From Eledone cirrhosa (taxonomy: Eukaryota), in contig OZ024742.1 in NCBI GenBank assembly GCA_964016885.1, forward strand, positions 79,484,001-79,548,000: DNA of 64,000 nucleotides, read 5' to 3'. Both the position numbers and the translations under genes were made by a program. Shown one piece after another: positions 27,698 to 40,195 of this stretch. Each line of letters begins with the position of its first letter. Within the stretch, counting starts at the first letter, position 1. Below the pieces are notes generated by a model. It was not told the DNA's origin. It did not search any database and saw only the letters and a list, made by a program, of their open reading frames with translations.

Positions 27698-27704
<7 letters not shown>
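27217..27704 (-). mobile_element. Fold-back PLE-type element with about 168-bp arms and about 90-nt tail
   Basis: Arms 27310-27477 and 27537-27704 are almost perfect; tail 27217-27309; (TA)n on both sides. Confidence 0.85.
27362..27416 (-). ncRNA. Type I hammerhead ribozyme
   Basis: ACTGC CTGAAGA gGTCACAGCCaaagatGGCTGTCACt GAAA TATATA TA GCAGT. The mirror copy at 27598-27652 has a mutated core (CTAAAGA). Confidence 0.8.
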
Positions 27705-27740
<36 letters not shown>

Positions 27741-27744
<4 letters not shown>

Positions 27745-28526
27745 TAGTATATTTACCAACATATGTGTACAGAAGTTCACCCATGCTAGCAAATATATAT
27801 GTTATGTCTTAGTACCTTTGTGGTTCTATGCAGTGGGATGCAGAACAATTATATGAAAGACGTAAAATAAAAAAATTTTAAAAATCAAAAATCAACTTAC
27901 TTACTAAAATTTTCACTCCAACTAATTAGTTTCTGTATGGGGTTAAATATAGTTACATAATATAACTATAGAGAATTCCATACGTCATCAGGGAGTCTAT
28001 ACTTAGCTAAGTTCCCAGGCGATGCGCGGACACTAGGAACCCATATAAAAATAATAATAATTCAGTGGATGGAACAAAGCTAGCGAGGACTAAATTCCGG
28101 AGCACTGAAAAAATTCACTGCCTCTGGTCAGTGGCAGATTCAAAAGAATCAATCACGTGACACTGAGGTTAATCAGTTAGGAGCGGGGTGGTATTATGAC
28201 AAGAGCCTACAACTACCATGAATCAGCAGTAAATTTTGGCAAGTTTTGCTCAACAAATAATTTGGAGATAAATATAGAGAATTAGTATATTTACCAACAT
28301 ATGTGTACAGATGTTCACCCATGCTAGCAAATATATATGTTATATCTTAGTACCTTTGTGGTTCTATGCAGGGGGATGCAGAACAATTATACGAAAGACG
28401 TAAAATAAAATTTTAAAAATCAAAAATCAACTTACTTACTAAAATTTTCACTACAACTAATTAGTTTCTGTATGGGGATAAATATAGTTACATAATATAA
28501 CTATAGAGAATTCCATACGTCATCAA
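27741..28526 (-). mobile_element. About 538-bp tandem unit (1.5 copies), hammerhead-containing, in (TA)n
   Basis: Direct repeats 27741-27990 and 28279-28526. Confidence 0.85.
27915..27996 (-). ncRNA. Type I hammerhead ribozyme with extended stem II
   Basis: ACTCC CTGATGA cGTATGG...CCATACa GAAAC TAATTA GTT GGAGT; palindromic stem III ACTAATTAGT. Confidence 0.8.
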
Positions 28527-28537
28527 TATATATATAT

Positions 28538-28577
28538 ATTGTTCCCTCGGTCCGATTTGACGAAAGTCGATCGTTCC

Positions 28578-28582
<5 letters not shown>
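28538..28582 (+). mobile_element. Isolated 3' tail of SINE family 2 variant between (TA)n arrays
   Basis: Reverse complement of about 63723-63765 (CGATTTGACGAAAGTCGATCGTTCCT). Confidence 0.7.
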
Positions 28583-28629
<47 letters not shown>

Positions 28630-28639
28630 TATGTATGTA

Positions 28640-28695
28640 TTAAGTAAGTGCCGTACTAAGAGTGAGAAATGAAATTTCGTTTAATTCTATTCCAT
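28640..28695 (+). mobile_element. 3' end fragment of family B
   Basis: GCCGTACTAAGAGTGAGAAATGAAATTTCGTTT matches 8815-8850. Confidence 0.75.
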
Positions 28696-29173
28696 ATATA
28701 TATATATATACACACGCAAATGATATAAAAAACAGAGAGGAATTTATAACGTTTTATTTCTTCTACACTTGCTTCTGTAGTTATGCCTGTTCTCGTGTTT
28801 TTCATAAGAGTTATGCAGAATCGCATATTTGTGATTATCGTATAATGCAACATATACAAAACATGTTCACTTTTCTAGTGAGAGTTTCAATTGAATTTAG
28901 TGATAGTCACACTGGTCGTTACATAGATCATTTCGGCGACCCTGGCTTATACCTCATTAAGAGGAGCGATGCAGTTTAAAGAAATACACATAAAATAAGA
29001 GAATACCATAAAAATAATAGGATTTAACAAAGTAAAAGCGTATACGCTGGAGAGCAATAAAATGAAGAAAGCTATAAAAACAAGGATATACATAATTTGG
29101 CATCGCATTCATGATATGAAAGATCACACAAATTTCTCTCTCTCTCTCACTCTCTGTAATATATCACTCTCTG

Positions 29174-29214
<41 letters not shown>

Positions 29215-29223
29215 TATATTTAG

Positions 29224-29302
29224 ACAAGAGTCGGCTGAAAAATTCATACGCTCACTATGAAGGATTGATGCTAGTGCTGTGATCCTTTCAGCCGACCCTT
29301 GT
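29224..29302. mobile_element. Small mariner-like MITE
   Basis: TIR ACAAGAGTCGGCTGAAA/TTTCAGCCGACCCTTGT. Confidence 0.6.
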
Positions 29303-30177
29303 GTATATATAAACAGTTTACACTGGTTGAGAGTTAAACAAGCAATTTCAAAAATATATAAATAGAATAGATGGGAACGTGAGGCCTGCATGCATTTTTG
29401 AATTAATTATACTTTAAAGAGGGGCGTGAGTTTTGTTTTTCTGACTGTCCCTAAGATCGTGTTTATTATGACAAGCAATTTATTACCTGACCACTTCTAC
29501 ATCATGAGGCATTAAAAATGAGGCATTAAAAATAATAAAAAAATATTTAGATTCTTGTGTCTAGGAGAGAGTTAATAGTAGAACATTTGAAACATACAAT
29601 ATAATGTTATGTGAGGGCGATTGAGTGTGGAGAATTGTAAAAGTTGATGTCGTAGCAGAATACTACTACCCAGACTCAACAGAGAGATGTAATTTAACGT
29701 ATTAGGCATTTGAACTTATTGTAAGCCTTGGGTAACGGTTTCGTTTAATACCTCATGTGTTGTCTAGAGAAACCTGTCTAGAGTGTGATCGTAGAATCTT
29801 ATGCAAGTAAGATACAATCCTTCTCTGTTTCTACTAATTGTAATGTTGAGTTTAAGGTAACATCGCTATTGTCGGCTGTCCTTACCGCAGATGGAGTGCA
29901 GAATTGTGCAACTGTACTTGCTCAGTGAACAGAGTAAATCTAGGCCAGTTCTAATTCAACAGAACTATGAGCAGATCTATAATAATGCATTGCAGTCGTA
30001 ACAATTCCGCCTATACTAGCTAATTTATTACTTCTGAAACGGTACAGCGTGACATGAGTGAGGGAGGTTTGGTTGCTATTTCTAGCAGGCAGAGCTACAT
30101 TGCAGACACTCTCATTGGCTTGTAGAGATGATGGGTTTTGTGAACGTCTTGATACTTGTGTTGTTGTTGTTGATATA

Positions 30178-30196
30178 GATGATGATAATGATGAAC

Positions 30197-30228
<32 letters not shown>

Positions 30229-30268
30229 GATGATGATGATGGTGATGATGATGATGATGATGATGATG

Positions 30269-30300
<32 letters not shown>

Positions 30301-30328
30301 AACGATGACAATTGCGATAATGATGATG
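30178..30328. repeat. (GAT)n microsatellite
   Basis: Directly visible; source of the poly-D and poly-S ORFs. Confidence 0.95.
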
Positions 30329-30696
30329 GATGTCTTCGATGGTACTGCCTAAAAGATAGAAAAGCTTCTATAATAGTCAATAATTTACAGGAATTCTGGC
30401 CAGAATCCATAGAAATAAAGAGATAATGGTAAGTTTTATTTCTTCTTTTGTTTTAGCTGTATCTACTGTTAATAAGGTTCACTTAATGTATAACTCTCTC
30501 CCCCCCCTCTCTCTCTCTTTCTCTCGCCTTTTTATCTCTTTCTTTCAATTACTCTCTTTCTCTCTCTCACCCATTCCACTCACTCCCGGTTCTTGCTTCG
30601 TTGAAAATGAATGCCACAGAGGCATTCCAGTATGAGATACATGAACTGATAAGATAAGATAAAAAAATATGATGTAAACTATTATTATTATTACTA

Positions 30697-30740
<44 letters not shown>

Positions 30741-30957
30741 GGCGACCTACGTAGTAAATCGTATCATCGTGAGCTCCGCAAAGGTGTGTTCTTTTCAGTT
30801 ATTTAAAATTGCCATTTATGGAAAATTTTTCTTGTTAACTATATATAAGTGCACATACATTGATTTCTAAAAAGGACACTCAAAAATATTGGGGCCTTGA
30901 GCCCAAAATTTAAACTTTTTATAATTATCAAACAAAAATTTTTTTCTTTGAAAAATA

Positions 30958-32913
30958 ATGGATGACTCAGATTCACTCCTTCCTCACAATCCAACACCTC
31001 ACACCGACACCACCATTGTAAACATTGCTACGTTTGCCAACACTAGAATTGTAAGCAGTAGCAATATTTTAAATTTGTCTCAAGCAGACGTTCATTTCCC
31101 GCCATTACCAATGACTGCAGGTGTTAAAGCCACCACCACCACCATCACCACCGCGACAACCACCACCCCCACCACCACCACAGCGACAACAGAAACAAAA
31201 GAAAAAAATAAATTAACTCATGATATCGAAATGAATTCAACCAAAATGAACTCTTCCACACCGAACACCACTGACGCCACCACCACCACAACTGAAACTA
31301 AAATTAACAATAGCAAAAATAACGATAATAACAACAGCAACAATGAAATTGAGAAAACTACCCTGAGTTTTGCCAGAGTAGCAAAAACGTGCGAAGCGAT
31401 CCAGGTAACTCAGGAAGAATTAGACGAAGCCAAAGGAATGGTAAAGAAAGATGGGTACAGGGTCAGCTCCCCCACACCTAATAACATGGATCAACGTCCC
31501 CTATGCACCGTGTCTTATCGGACAATAAACATAAAATCACGCCGAGTGGAACGGGCATCTGAGTCCCAAATCTAAAAAGCTTTGGGACATGTGTGGGCAA
31601 AAAAACCCAACATCAGACGTGGGCAGAAGTATGGAACCGTGGACGTGTTCTTTGAAACACCACAGGAGGCCAGAGAACACTCCATGGCCTCATTAAGAAG
31701 TGACGACTTCACACTGATCCCAAGCTATTGTGGCCAGAGACTTGTGAAGATCAGGGTGACCCACGTTCCACCGGCCATCGAAATTCCCTGGCTAATGGCT
31801 GCCGTCCTCGCCGGTATCGAGGCCAACACCAAAATAATAGAAATAGCAAAAGAAAAGCAGGAGAACTGGTCCGGATCTGGGATGGAGCTTCTGATCCAAG
31901 CGGACCATAAAAGCATTGAGGAGATCCCAGAGGTAATAGACCTCACTGACGGCAGCCACCTCACCGTAATCGTCGAGGGCAGAAGACCTAGGTGTGTCGT
32001 TTGTGGTGAAGGAATCCACCTAAGGACTTTCTGCCCTCAGGCTAAAAGGTTGAGGCCACCTCTCTTAGCCATCCCAGTGACTCAACCATCAACACCACCA
32101 GCAGCAGAAATAGCAGCAACAACTGTAGCAGCAACAACAGAAGCAACTGTAACAGCAACAACCCCAGCAACAGTAGCAAAACCAACACCACCACCACCCA
32201 ACGCCCCAGAACTAGCACCAGCGCCTACACCATCCACCACGCCACAACCAAAACCAAGGCCTGTGAAGGATTTTCCACTCCCCGGCTTATCGCAACTGGA
32301 GACAGATTGTGACGACGAGGAGTGGGAAACGGTATCAGGAAAAAAGAAAAAAAAAAGAAACCAAAAAAGAAAAAATTCTCTTCCTTCCCCCTCAAAAAAC
32401 AAAATACAGAGGGAAACAAATAAATTATCGAACAAGAAAGTTAAGACAGATATGCCACCATCCACACCAGCATCACCAACCCCATCACCACAAACACCAA
32501 CACCATCACCATCATTAACCCCAACACCACCATCACCAACACGACAAAAGTCACCAAAAAGCGTAACAGAAACAAACCCACAACAAACGCAAACAAAACA
32601 AAACAACCAAAACGATACACACTACACAGCATTAAATTTGAACAACAACCAATTATTACACTGCATGCAACACAACACCAGCATCACAGAAAAAGACTAC
32701 ACAACAACCCAAAAGTTCACACCACCTTCACACATACAAATCACTCGCATCACACAGAAAACGTACACGACACTAAAACAAAAATTCCCCAAAGACATCG
32801 AAAACTTCCGACAAACACTCTCCAGGAGGATTTATAAGGACATCCTTCCGAAGGAGGCCACAAGCAGTGAAAAGGATGGACAAACCATCCTTCCTCTACG
32901 AGAAGTAAGGTAA
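30958..32913 (+). pseudogene. LINE ORF1 (gag-like, CCHC zinc knuckle), one in-frame stop at 31573-31575
   Basis: ORFs 30958-31575 and 31582-32913 share a frame. CVVCGEGIHLRTFC fits CX2CX4HX4C; basic WETVSGKKKKKR motif; Thr/Pro-rich tracts. Confidence 0.85.
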
Positions 32914-32947
32914 GTGGTCTTTCCCATCTTTTCCACTCCATTTCAAC

Positions 32948-35900
32948 ATGACCTCACTCAGAATAGGCAGCATAAATGCACGTGCTTTGGGGTCGTCATC
33001 GAAGCAGGGCCACCTGCTCAACGACCTCAGGTCACTAAACATAGATGTAGTGGCCATCAGCGAGACCAGAATCTCCGAAGCACGGGCCTTCACACCGATC
33101 TTCGGCGGCTACGACGTGTACGCATCTCCCAGCCGTCCGGGATCGGGGGGCGGAGTTGCTGTGCTTTTTCGGAGAGGTTTGGATCTCGCCATACGAGCCA
33201 TCTTCCTGGACCCAGAAGGTAAGTTGGTGGTGCTAGACGTGACCAGCGGAGACGGGCAAGCTTTCAGGCTAGTGGCCGTCTATGCCCCGACAGGAGCAAG
33301 GCGGTCTGATTTCTTCCGGCGTCTGGAGACCTTTCTTGGAACGTCCCGCTCTTTAGTGTTAGTGGGCGACTGGAACGGGATCTTAGATGCACGCTGGGAC
33401 TGTGTGGGATTAGCGGATAGGGAGGCGAGTGCAAGAGCCTCACCAACCTGCTCAGGCGTTTTGAACTGTCTGACAGGTACCGATTGGATTTCCCGAATGT
33501 GCCAATGTGGACTTGGACAAATCGCATAGGGTCATCCAGATCATATCTAGATAGAGTATTTTGTAGAGAAATAGATAGGTCTAGCATAGGCTGTCCACAA
33601 TTCAAGATAGTCAGCTTCACGGACCACAAATTCCTGATCTGTGTACTTGACTTAGATAGGCTTCATAGACGAGGACCCGGCTACTGGAAGCTAAACGCGT
33701 CCTTACCAGCGCGCAAGGCCTACAAAGACCGGATTAGCGAACTAGTTAAACGGGCGTTGACGGGGCCCATCGTCAACAACATGTGGTGGTTTGCTCTGAA
33801 AAGGCTTTAGCAATAGAGAAAAATAGAGCAGAGGCAGAATTAGTTAGAAAATTAGACGAGGCGCTTAGCAAAGGCATCGCGACCGACGTACTTGCGGCGA
33901 AATTGGCCCTTGACCAATTCTTCAATGCAAAGCACGAAGGCTTCGTTGTCAGAGCTAGGGTGCGTGCTCTCAGACACGAGGGGACGAAAGCCTTCAATGG
34001 GCGCGAGTGGCGGAGGCGCATCGTAGCAACAAAGCCACGATCCATCTTTGGTGGACCACGACGGGCGCATGCTACTCGATCCCGGGAAAATGTGTGAGGC
34101 TTTTCAGCGACACTTCGCTGAGTTGTTCGGGGGTGGTGGCGGGCCGGATCGAGGGATGGACTTTAGTGTCTACCTCGACGGACTGCCGCGGCTCTCGGCC
34201 AAAGAGGCGGAGTGTTGCGAAAAGCCGATAACAGCCGCTGAAGTACGGGAGGCAATGACTAGCTGCACAAGGGGTAAATCGCCTGGTTTGTATGGTCTAC
34301 CCTATGAACTTTACGTACAGATGCCAGACTTGTTCGGAGGCCTCTTGACGGACGTCTACTGCAACTGGCAACAGAACGGGAGAATTCCCAGCTCTGTGAG
34401 CCGAGGAGCTGTGGCGCTGCTGAGAAAGGATCCGAACAAGGGGGATAACATAGATAATTTTAGGCCCATAAGATTTTGGCCAAGGTGCTAGCAAAGAGGT
34501 TGGCGCTTGTCGTTGGTGGTCTGGTGGGAGATGCGCATACATGCGCCATTCCCGTCAGATCCATCGACGCCAACCTCCACCTCATGCGATACATCATAGA
34601 GAGGGTAGCTAGGGAACCTGGCGCGGGTGGGTCCTTGATCAATTTAGATCAGTCAAAAGCTTTCGATAGGGTCGATCATCGTTACCTAGCGGCAGTCCTG
34701 AGGGCGACTAGCTTTGGGCCCGTCTTCAGAGGCTGGATCGCTGCTATGCACAGCGACATCTGCTCTGTGGTGAGAGTGAACGGTCACCTTTCGGAACCGT
34801 TCAACATCATGCGCTCGGTCCGCCAAGGATGTCCCCTCTCGTCCCTCTTGTACGTATTGACTCTTGAGCCATTACTGCACAAACTGGAGACGTTGAGGGG
34901 GTCCCGCGCGAATTAGGATGCGGATGATCCGTGTCAGCATATGCGGACGATGTCACCGTAGTGGTGTCGGACGCCAAACACATCGAGGTGATCGGCACTA
35001 CACTAAGAGAATACGAAGCGGTGACAGGAGCAATGATCACCCAGGAAAAGTCAGTGGGCCTGCAGCTCGGCACCTGGAGAGGCAGGTCCATGCCGTCCAA
35101 CAGCGTCGTCGGGCGCTGGACGGACGGACCAGTTGAATTGCTCGGGGTCTGGTTCGGTCCGGACCTCCAGACGGACAAAAACTTGGACGAGGTGACGAGC
35201 AGGGTGGCTTCTCTCACCCAGAAATGGGCCGAGAGGAAGCTATCCCTGAAAGGTCGAGCGGAGGTGGCTAACGCGTCTATCGCGTCCGTCATCTACTACC
35301 GCCTGACCGTCGTACCTTGTCCTAAACCCCGCCTGACTGCGCTGGAGCGTTTGCTCTTTCGCTTTTTGTGGAAGGGACGCGCTCCGATGGTCAGGCGGTC
35401 CATCTGCTGTCAACACCCGCTACCTGGAGGGCTGGGAATGCCGTGGCTGATGATGCGCAGACACGCACTCAGGCTACGACATCTCCACCTCTTCCTCGAC
35501 GGTGATCAGGTGCGGTCTCCGTTTGCTAGACACGTCTTTCCCCAGCTCGTCTCCTTGACAGAGCTGAAGTCCTGGGTCAAGCGAAGACCGAGAAGGAGCG
35601 CTTGGAGACTAGAATGTCTTCAGGCGCTCACAACCCTCGACCAATCGGGCAATGTGATCGGTGGCAACTCCACTTTGGCGTTCTATAGAGGATTAGTGCA
35701 GGGGAAGAGCGACGACGTACTTGGGTAAACTCTAGGCGTCGACGAAAATCAACTAGCCAATCTCTTCGGAAGAACTTTCGGGCCGGGGCCTATGGACAAC
35801 TTCCAGAAATCCCTGGCCTGGCAGTGCTAACGAGGAGCTTTGCCAGTTCGAGATAAACTCTACATCATGGAGGTGCCGTCAGCCGGGCATGTCCGAGATG

Positions 35901-36306
35901 CGCGCAGGGCGACGAAACCGTCCTGCACGCACTCGTCCAGTGTCCGAGCATTGCTGACTTGTGGGTTTATGTCGAACACCTGCTGTCGAGTGTGGGACGG
36001 ATCCAGCTATCAGCTGAGTCCATCCTGAGGATTGACCCGCCCTCTTCCTTTAACCGGGAAGGGCAGGCAGTTTTTATCTGTCTGGTGGCCATGGCGAAAG
36101 AGATAGTATGGTGGACACGTTTGAAAGGGCTGAAGACGAGCACTTACCTCTTCGGTGATGCCCTGATTAACTTTTTCAAATTTCATTTGAAAAGGAAAAT
36201 CAGCGTAGAAAGGGAAGTGCTCTCTTCCCAGCATTTTGTTGAAAGATGTGTGAGAGAGGCAAGAATGGCCCGAGAGAATGGGCCTACTCTGAGTATGTGT
36301 CTGTAA
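32948..36306 (+). pseudogene. LINE ORF2: apurinic-like endonuclease and reverse transcriptase, multiple frameshifts and stops
   Basis: GSINARAL, VAISET, VYAP, LVGDWN, SYLDRV, FTDHK (APE); KSPG..GLPYE, NFRPI, NLDQSKAFDRV, VRQGCPLS, SAYADD, GGLG (RT); CPRC..ETVLHALVQC. Confidence 0.93.
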
Positions 36307-36559
36307 ATTAAAGGTGGAAAACTGGGAGAGGGCACTTGCCCTGGTGGTCCGGGTCACTGTGACTTTTTAACGGGCTTTCTCCACGAATGTACCTCGGAAG
36401 TATGCCCCCTATTGGGGAATTTTTTCCTTGTTCTATTATTACATCCTCTGTTTCTTGTTTTTTTTACACGCAGAAATGCCCATTTGTACCGTCCTGTATT
36501 GTCCTGTACTGTCCTTAATATCTACTTTATGTAAACCCTTGTGGTTAATAAAGAAATCA

Positions 36560-36594
<35 letters not shown>

Positions 36595-37869
36595 TGAAAC
36601 TTTCTCTTAGAATTTTTCTCTCGCACATGAAAGAAAAAAATGGGTTTACGTCGTGACTATACATGAGAAAATAAGTAAGTATCAAATAATGTTTGACCAA
36701 CCTAGTGTATCAAATAAACTGAATCTAATGATACTTTCTTTAATAGACACAATGCTATTTCTTATTTCTTATTTTTTTTATCTAAGTTATAATATGATGC
36801 GTTACCGTTTACTTATTTCGATTGTAGAATATCATAGAATATCATCCATTATTCTTCTTATTTTTATTTTCATTTCCTGTTGAATTTATCTTGTCTGGGA
36901 TGTGTTGAAATGAAAAATACATAAATCAATGAATAAAACTCAGAATTCGTGGTATTTGATGTGAAGATAGAGTTACACAATTGTAACATATACGGTAAAC
37001 CTGTTTTTCGGCGTAAATACCAGTAAGCCCGTTTCCAGTATTGTAAATAAGCACAGACAGACACACACACAGACGTATACACATACACACACACAAACAC
37101 AGACAGACACACACACACACCACACACATATATATACACACACGCACATTGTCTCTCACTTTCTTTCTCGCAGCTGTATATATATATGCATGAATGTATA
37201 TACATATTTTTATACATATGTTTGCTTGTGTGTGTGTGCGTACGTATGTGTGTCTCTGTACAACTATACACTTAAATCTACCGGGGAAGAGCACTATGTA
37301 TATTTTTAGTAATGTTTCGCTCATCTATTGTACTCATCAGAAGAGTAAGGGAGAGAACTTTGAAGCGTATAGTAGCGTGATTTATTGTAAATTTGATATG
37401 GAATAACGAAACAGTATCATTTTTCTATAGACCGTTGGAATGAAATGAGCCGTAGTAAATAACTGTCAATAACTAACATAGATCTATGTAATTTGTGACT
37501 ACGTTGCTGTAATATGGAATATTCTCGCAGTAAATTATATGATTTTATTTTCTACATAAAATATATGTAGCACAGTAAGTATTAAAAAATATATTTAGAA
37601 TATTCAATTCCTCTCCAAATTTCCAGCACTTTGAAATGTTAACATTTAACAGTTATACAGTATATTCGAACAATGCACTGTGCTTTCGGCTTCCCAATGC
37701 TTTCAAAATCTATACAAGATTGCCTGGTGGGGATGAAGCTGAGATTGTGATTAATTGATTCGCCCGTGGTGTACTTTATTCTAAGGAACTCTTTCCCACT
37801 TTCCCTATTCCTTTTCTGGCCGTGCGGATCGCCATGTCCAACCCGACACCACCTTACGACCTTGTGTTG

Positions 37870-38855
37870 AAATTAACTGCAATATTAGTTTCGACATCCC
37901 TGGCTGGCAACAAGCAAGAGCCCCGTGAAATTCAGTGGTCACAGCGTCTGAATCGCTTTTGACCAAGCATGGCCGGCTTACTTATCTTCAATCTCCTCCA
38001 GCTTCACCCTCATCAGTGAGGCTCTCCGCAAAACAGCAGAACCAGACTTGAATTGGGAACTGTAGTCAGCCCTGGCCCACTGGATAGATCAAAGCCTCAC
38101 CGTCCTCCAGTGTGGAGATGTCCAATGAAACAGGGAAGACATCAAGCGCGTGTCAACCTTCAGGCAGATCGAGTCAACCTTCAGGCAGATTGAGTCCCCC
38201 ATAGACCAACACCGTCTCTTCTGCCTCCGTTCTGCCTCACTGCCAAACATCTTTCATGATGATGTGCAGCGGCATCGGAGAATCACAGCGTCTGGACCTC
38301 CACGTATGTGAGCTGCAAAAATGCCACTGCGAATCTGATGTTGATGAATTCCATCTGTATCGGCCATTCTGCCGCCATAACGCATGTCCGTTCCCTGGTT
38401 ACGCCACTCTAAATTTCATAATCAAAGGAAGCATCAACGTGGCAGGCTTCCCGTTACATCTTCAGTGAGCTGGTCTCAGCCGTGGTACGGTAAGCACTCA
38501 GTCGAGTTAACTCGTTTACCCTCCCAGAGAGCTATATCCCTAATGTGTGACACACCACGAACTGCGACTCGTTCCCCTCCTGGATCTTGTCACCTCGGCC
38601 ACATACCTGGACACCAGCACCTGCAATATACAGAAGAGAAACAACACCAAATACCGGAGCTTGAGCGACCGTTTCCTATTTGCGTCAGTCACCGTTGAGA
38701 CTTCAACCGACCTCGCTCCCGAATTGCAAAATCAGGACCACTGTAGTCCGCCTGGGAATGGAACCCCATGAGATAGAGTGGCTGTTGCAGCGAGTGTCGT
38801 TGACCATTATCCACGGCAATGGCTTCATCATTTTATCCACGAGCCGCCGCTGAAA
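37870..38855 (+). mobile_element. Highly degenerate CRE-like LINE 3' fragment
   Basis: Colinear with 53937-54839 (RLDLHVCELQKCHC, GYATLNFIIK, GAGATAGAGTGGCTGTTGCAGCGAGTGTC..CACGGCAATGGC). Confidence 0.7.
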
Positions 38856-39302
38856 CATACCACTCAGACTTGGGTGTAGAGTCTGTCGCTCTCTCCACCT
38901 TCGTTGTTTATTATTTTCTTTTCTTCTGTAACGTGTTCGTTCCTTTAGTGCCATTTATATCATACAATCTATATGAATAAACACATACACAGAAATCTAC
39001 TGCTTTATTTTTCGGCTAACGTCTTTCAATCGGCATTCACTACGGTTCTTACGATGCCCCAAGCTACTATGAATAATAAACATATGCTTATCGAATATAT
39101 TTTTCTACTCAATAGATGTATGAAATATTAATTAATGTTTGAACAATATTAATTAGACATTTGTTCTAATATGTACTAGTAAGGATTATGTTTTTCCTCG
39201 GGATATTTAAACGTATAACTGCACATATATTTCCGGAACGTAGTGCTCACGCGGTAAAATAATTTCTATGAATTAAGAATATGCAGTATTATATGTAAGA
39301 CA

Positions 39303-39512
39303 AAGGGAATTGGATTGTCAGTATCGGTAGGGAGACGTATGTGCTTCGTGGCATAGTTACGGGCCTTTATGTTCTGAGTTCAAATCCCGCCGAGTTAGAT
39401 TTGCTAATAAGGGGTTGATAAAATAAAATACCAGTAACACACTGGTATGGATTTAATCGACTTTCCCCTCTCAAAAAGTGTGTTCGCCTTATGCCTAAAT
39501 CAGAAACAAGTA
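39303..39512 (+). mobile_element. SINE family 1 (degenerate)
   Basis: B-box and core present; flanked by 37-bp direct repeats 39262-39298/39514-39550. Confidence 0.8.
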
Positions 39513-39899
39513 TATTTCTATGAATTAAAAATATGCTGTGTTATATGTAATATATGATATAAGTAAACCACACTCAACCACACCTATACACACACATGCA
39601 CGCATATGTACACACACATACCCACTTAGTTAGATCACGTTACTTCAAAGTAAAAATTCGATTCCATGTGTAAAATTTGTGAATACATATATGTGTCAAT
39701 TTTTTAATCATAGTTCATTAAAAAAAATTATGACGATAGAGGGTACATTTCTACCATACAGAAATACAATATTTACCCCGTGGATGTTAGTTACACAATA
39801 TGCTTGAGATAGGTAAAGATAAAATGTTTTCTTTTTTTATTCTTTATTTCTCTGAAGTATGTACAAAGGTGATATTAGTCAAACGTATTGACTCGAATG

Positions 39900-40195
39900 A
39901 ACGATCTGAATACTTCACTTCAAGGAAACAGCATAGAAAAAAGATGATCACATAGAAGAAGCCACCCTGTTTCAAAGACAAAATTTCATTGAGTACAAGG
40001 AATATTGGCAAGAAGAATTTGGTTGGATTCCTGCCATCGGAAAAAGGTGTTGACAAAGATGGAACATTAATTTCCAAAGTTGCTGCAGCAATAAGCATTT
40101 ATCTCGGACACCTTTGATGGTTAAAGTTTTTTGCAGGAGATTCTGATGTCAGTAACCGATGGGTAATGAATCCGCTTCACTTCAGAATTAATGAT
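39900..40195 (+). mobile_element. hAT transposase remnant
   Basis: FKDKISL..NLVGFLP..KVAAAISIYLGHL..FF..SNRWVMNP resembles the region before the dimerisation domain of Charlie/Buster-type transposases; recognised by eye. Confidence 0.45.

Larger units (their letters stand above)
30741..36560 (+). mobile_element. Near full-length Tx1/L1-clade LINE inserted in an (ATT)n microsatellite
   Basis: 5' UTR, ORF1, ORF2 (APE + RT + C-terminal Cys/His motif), 3' UTR with AATAAA at about 36547. (ATT)n at 30681-30740 and 36563-36594. Confidence 0.93.
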
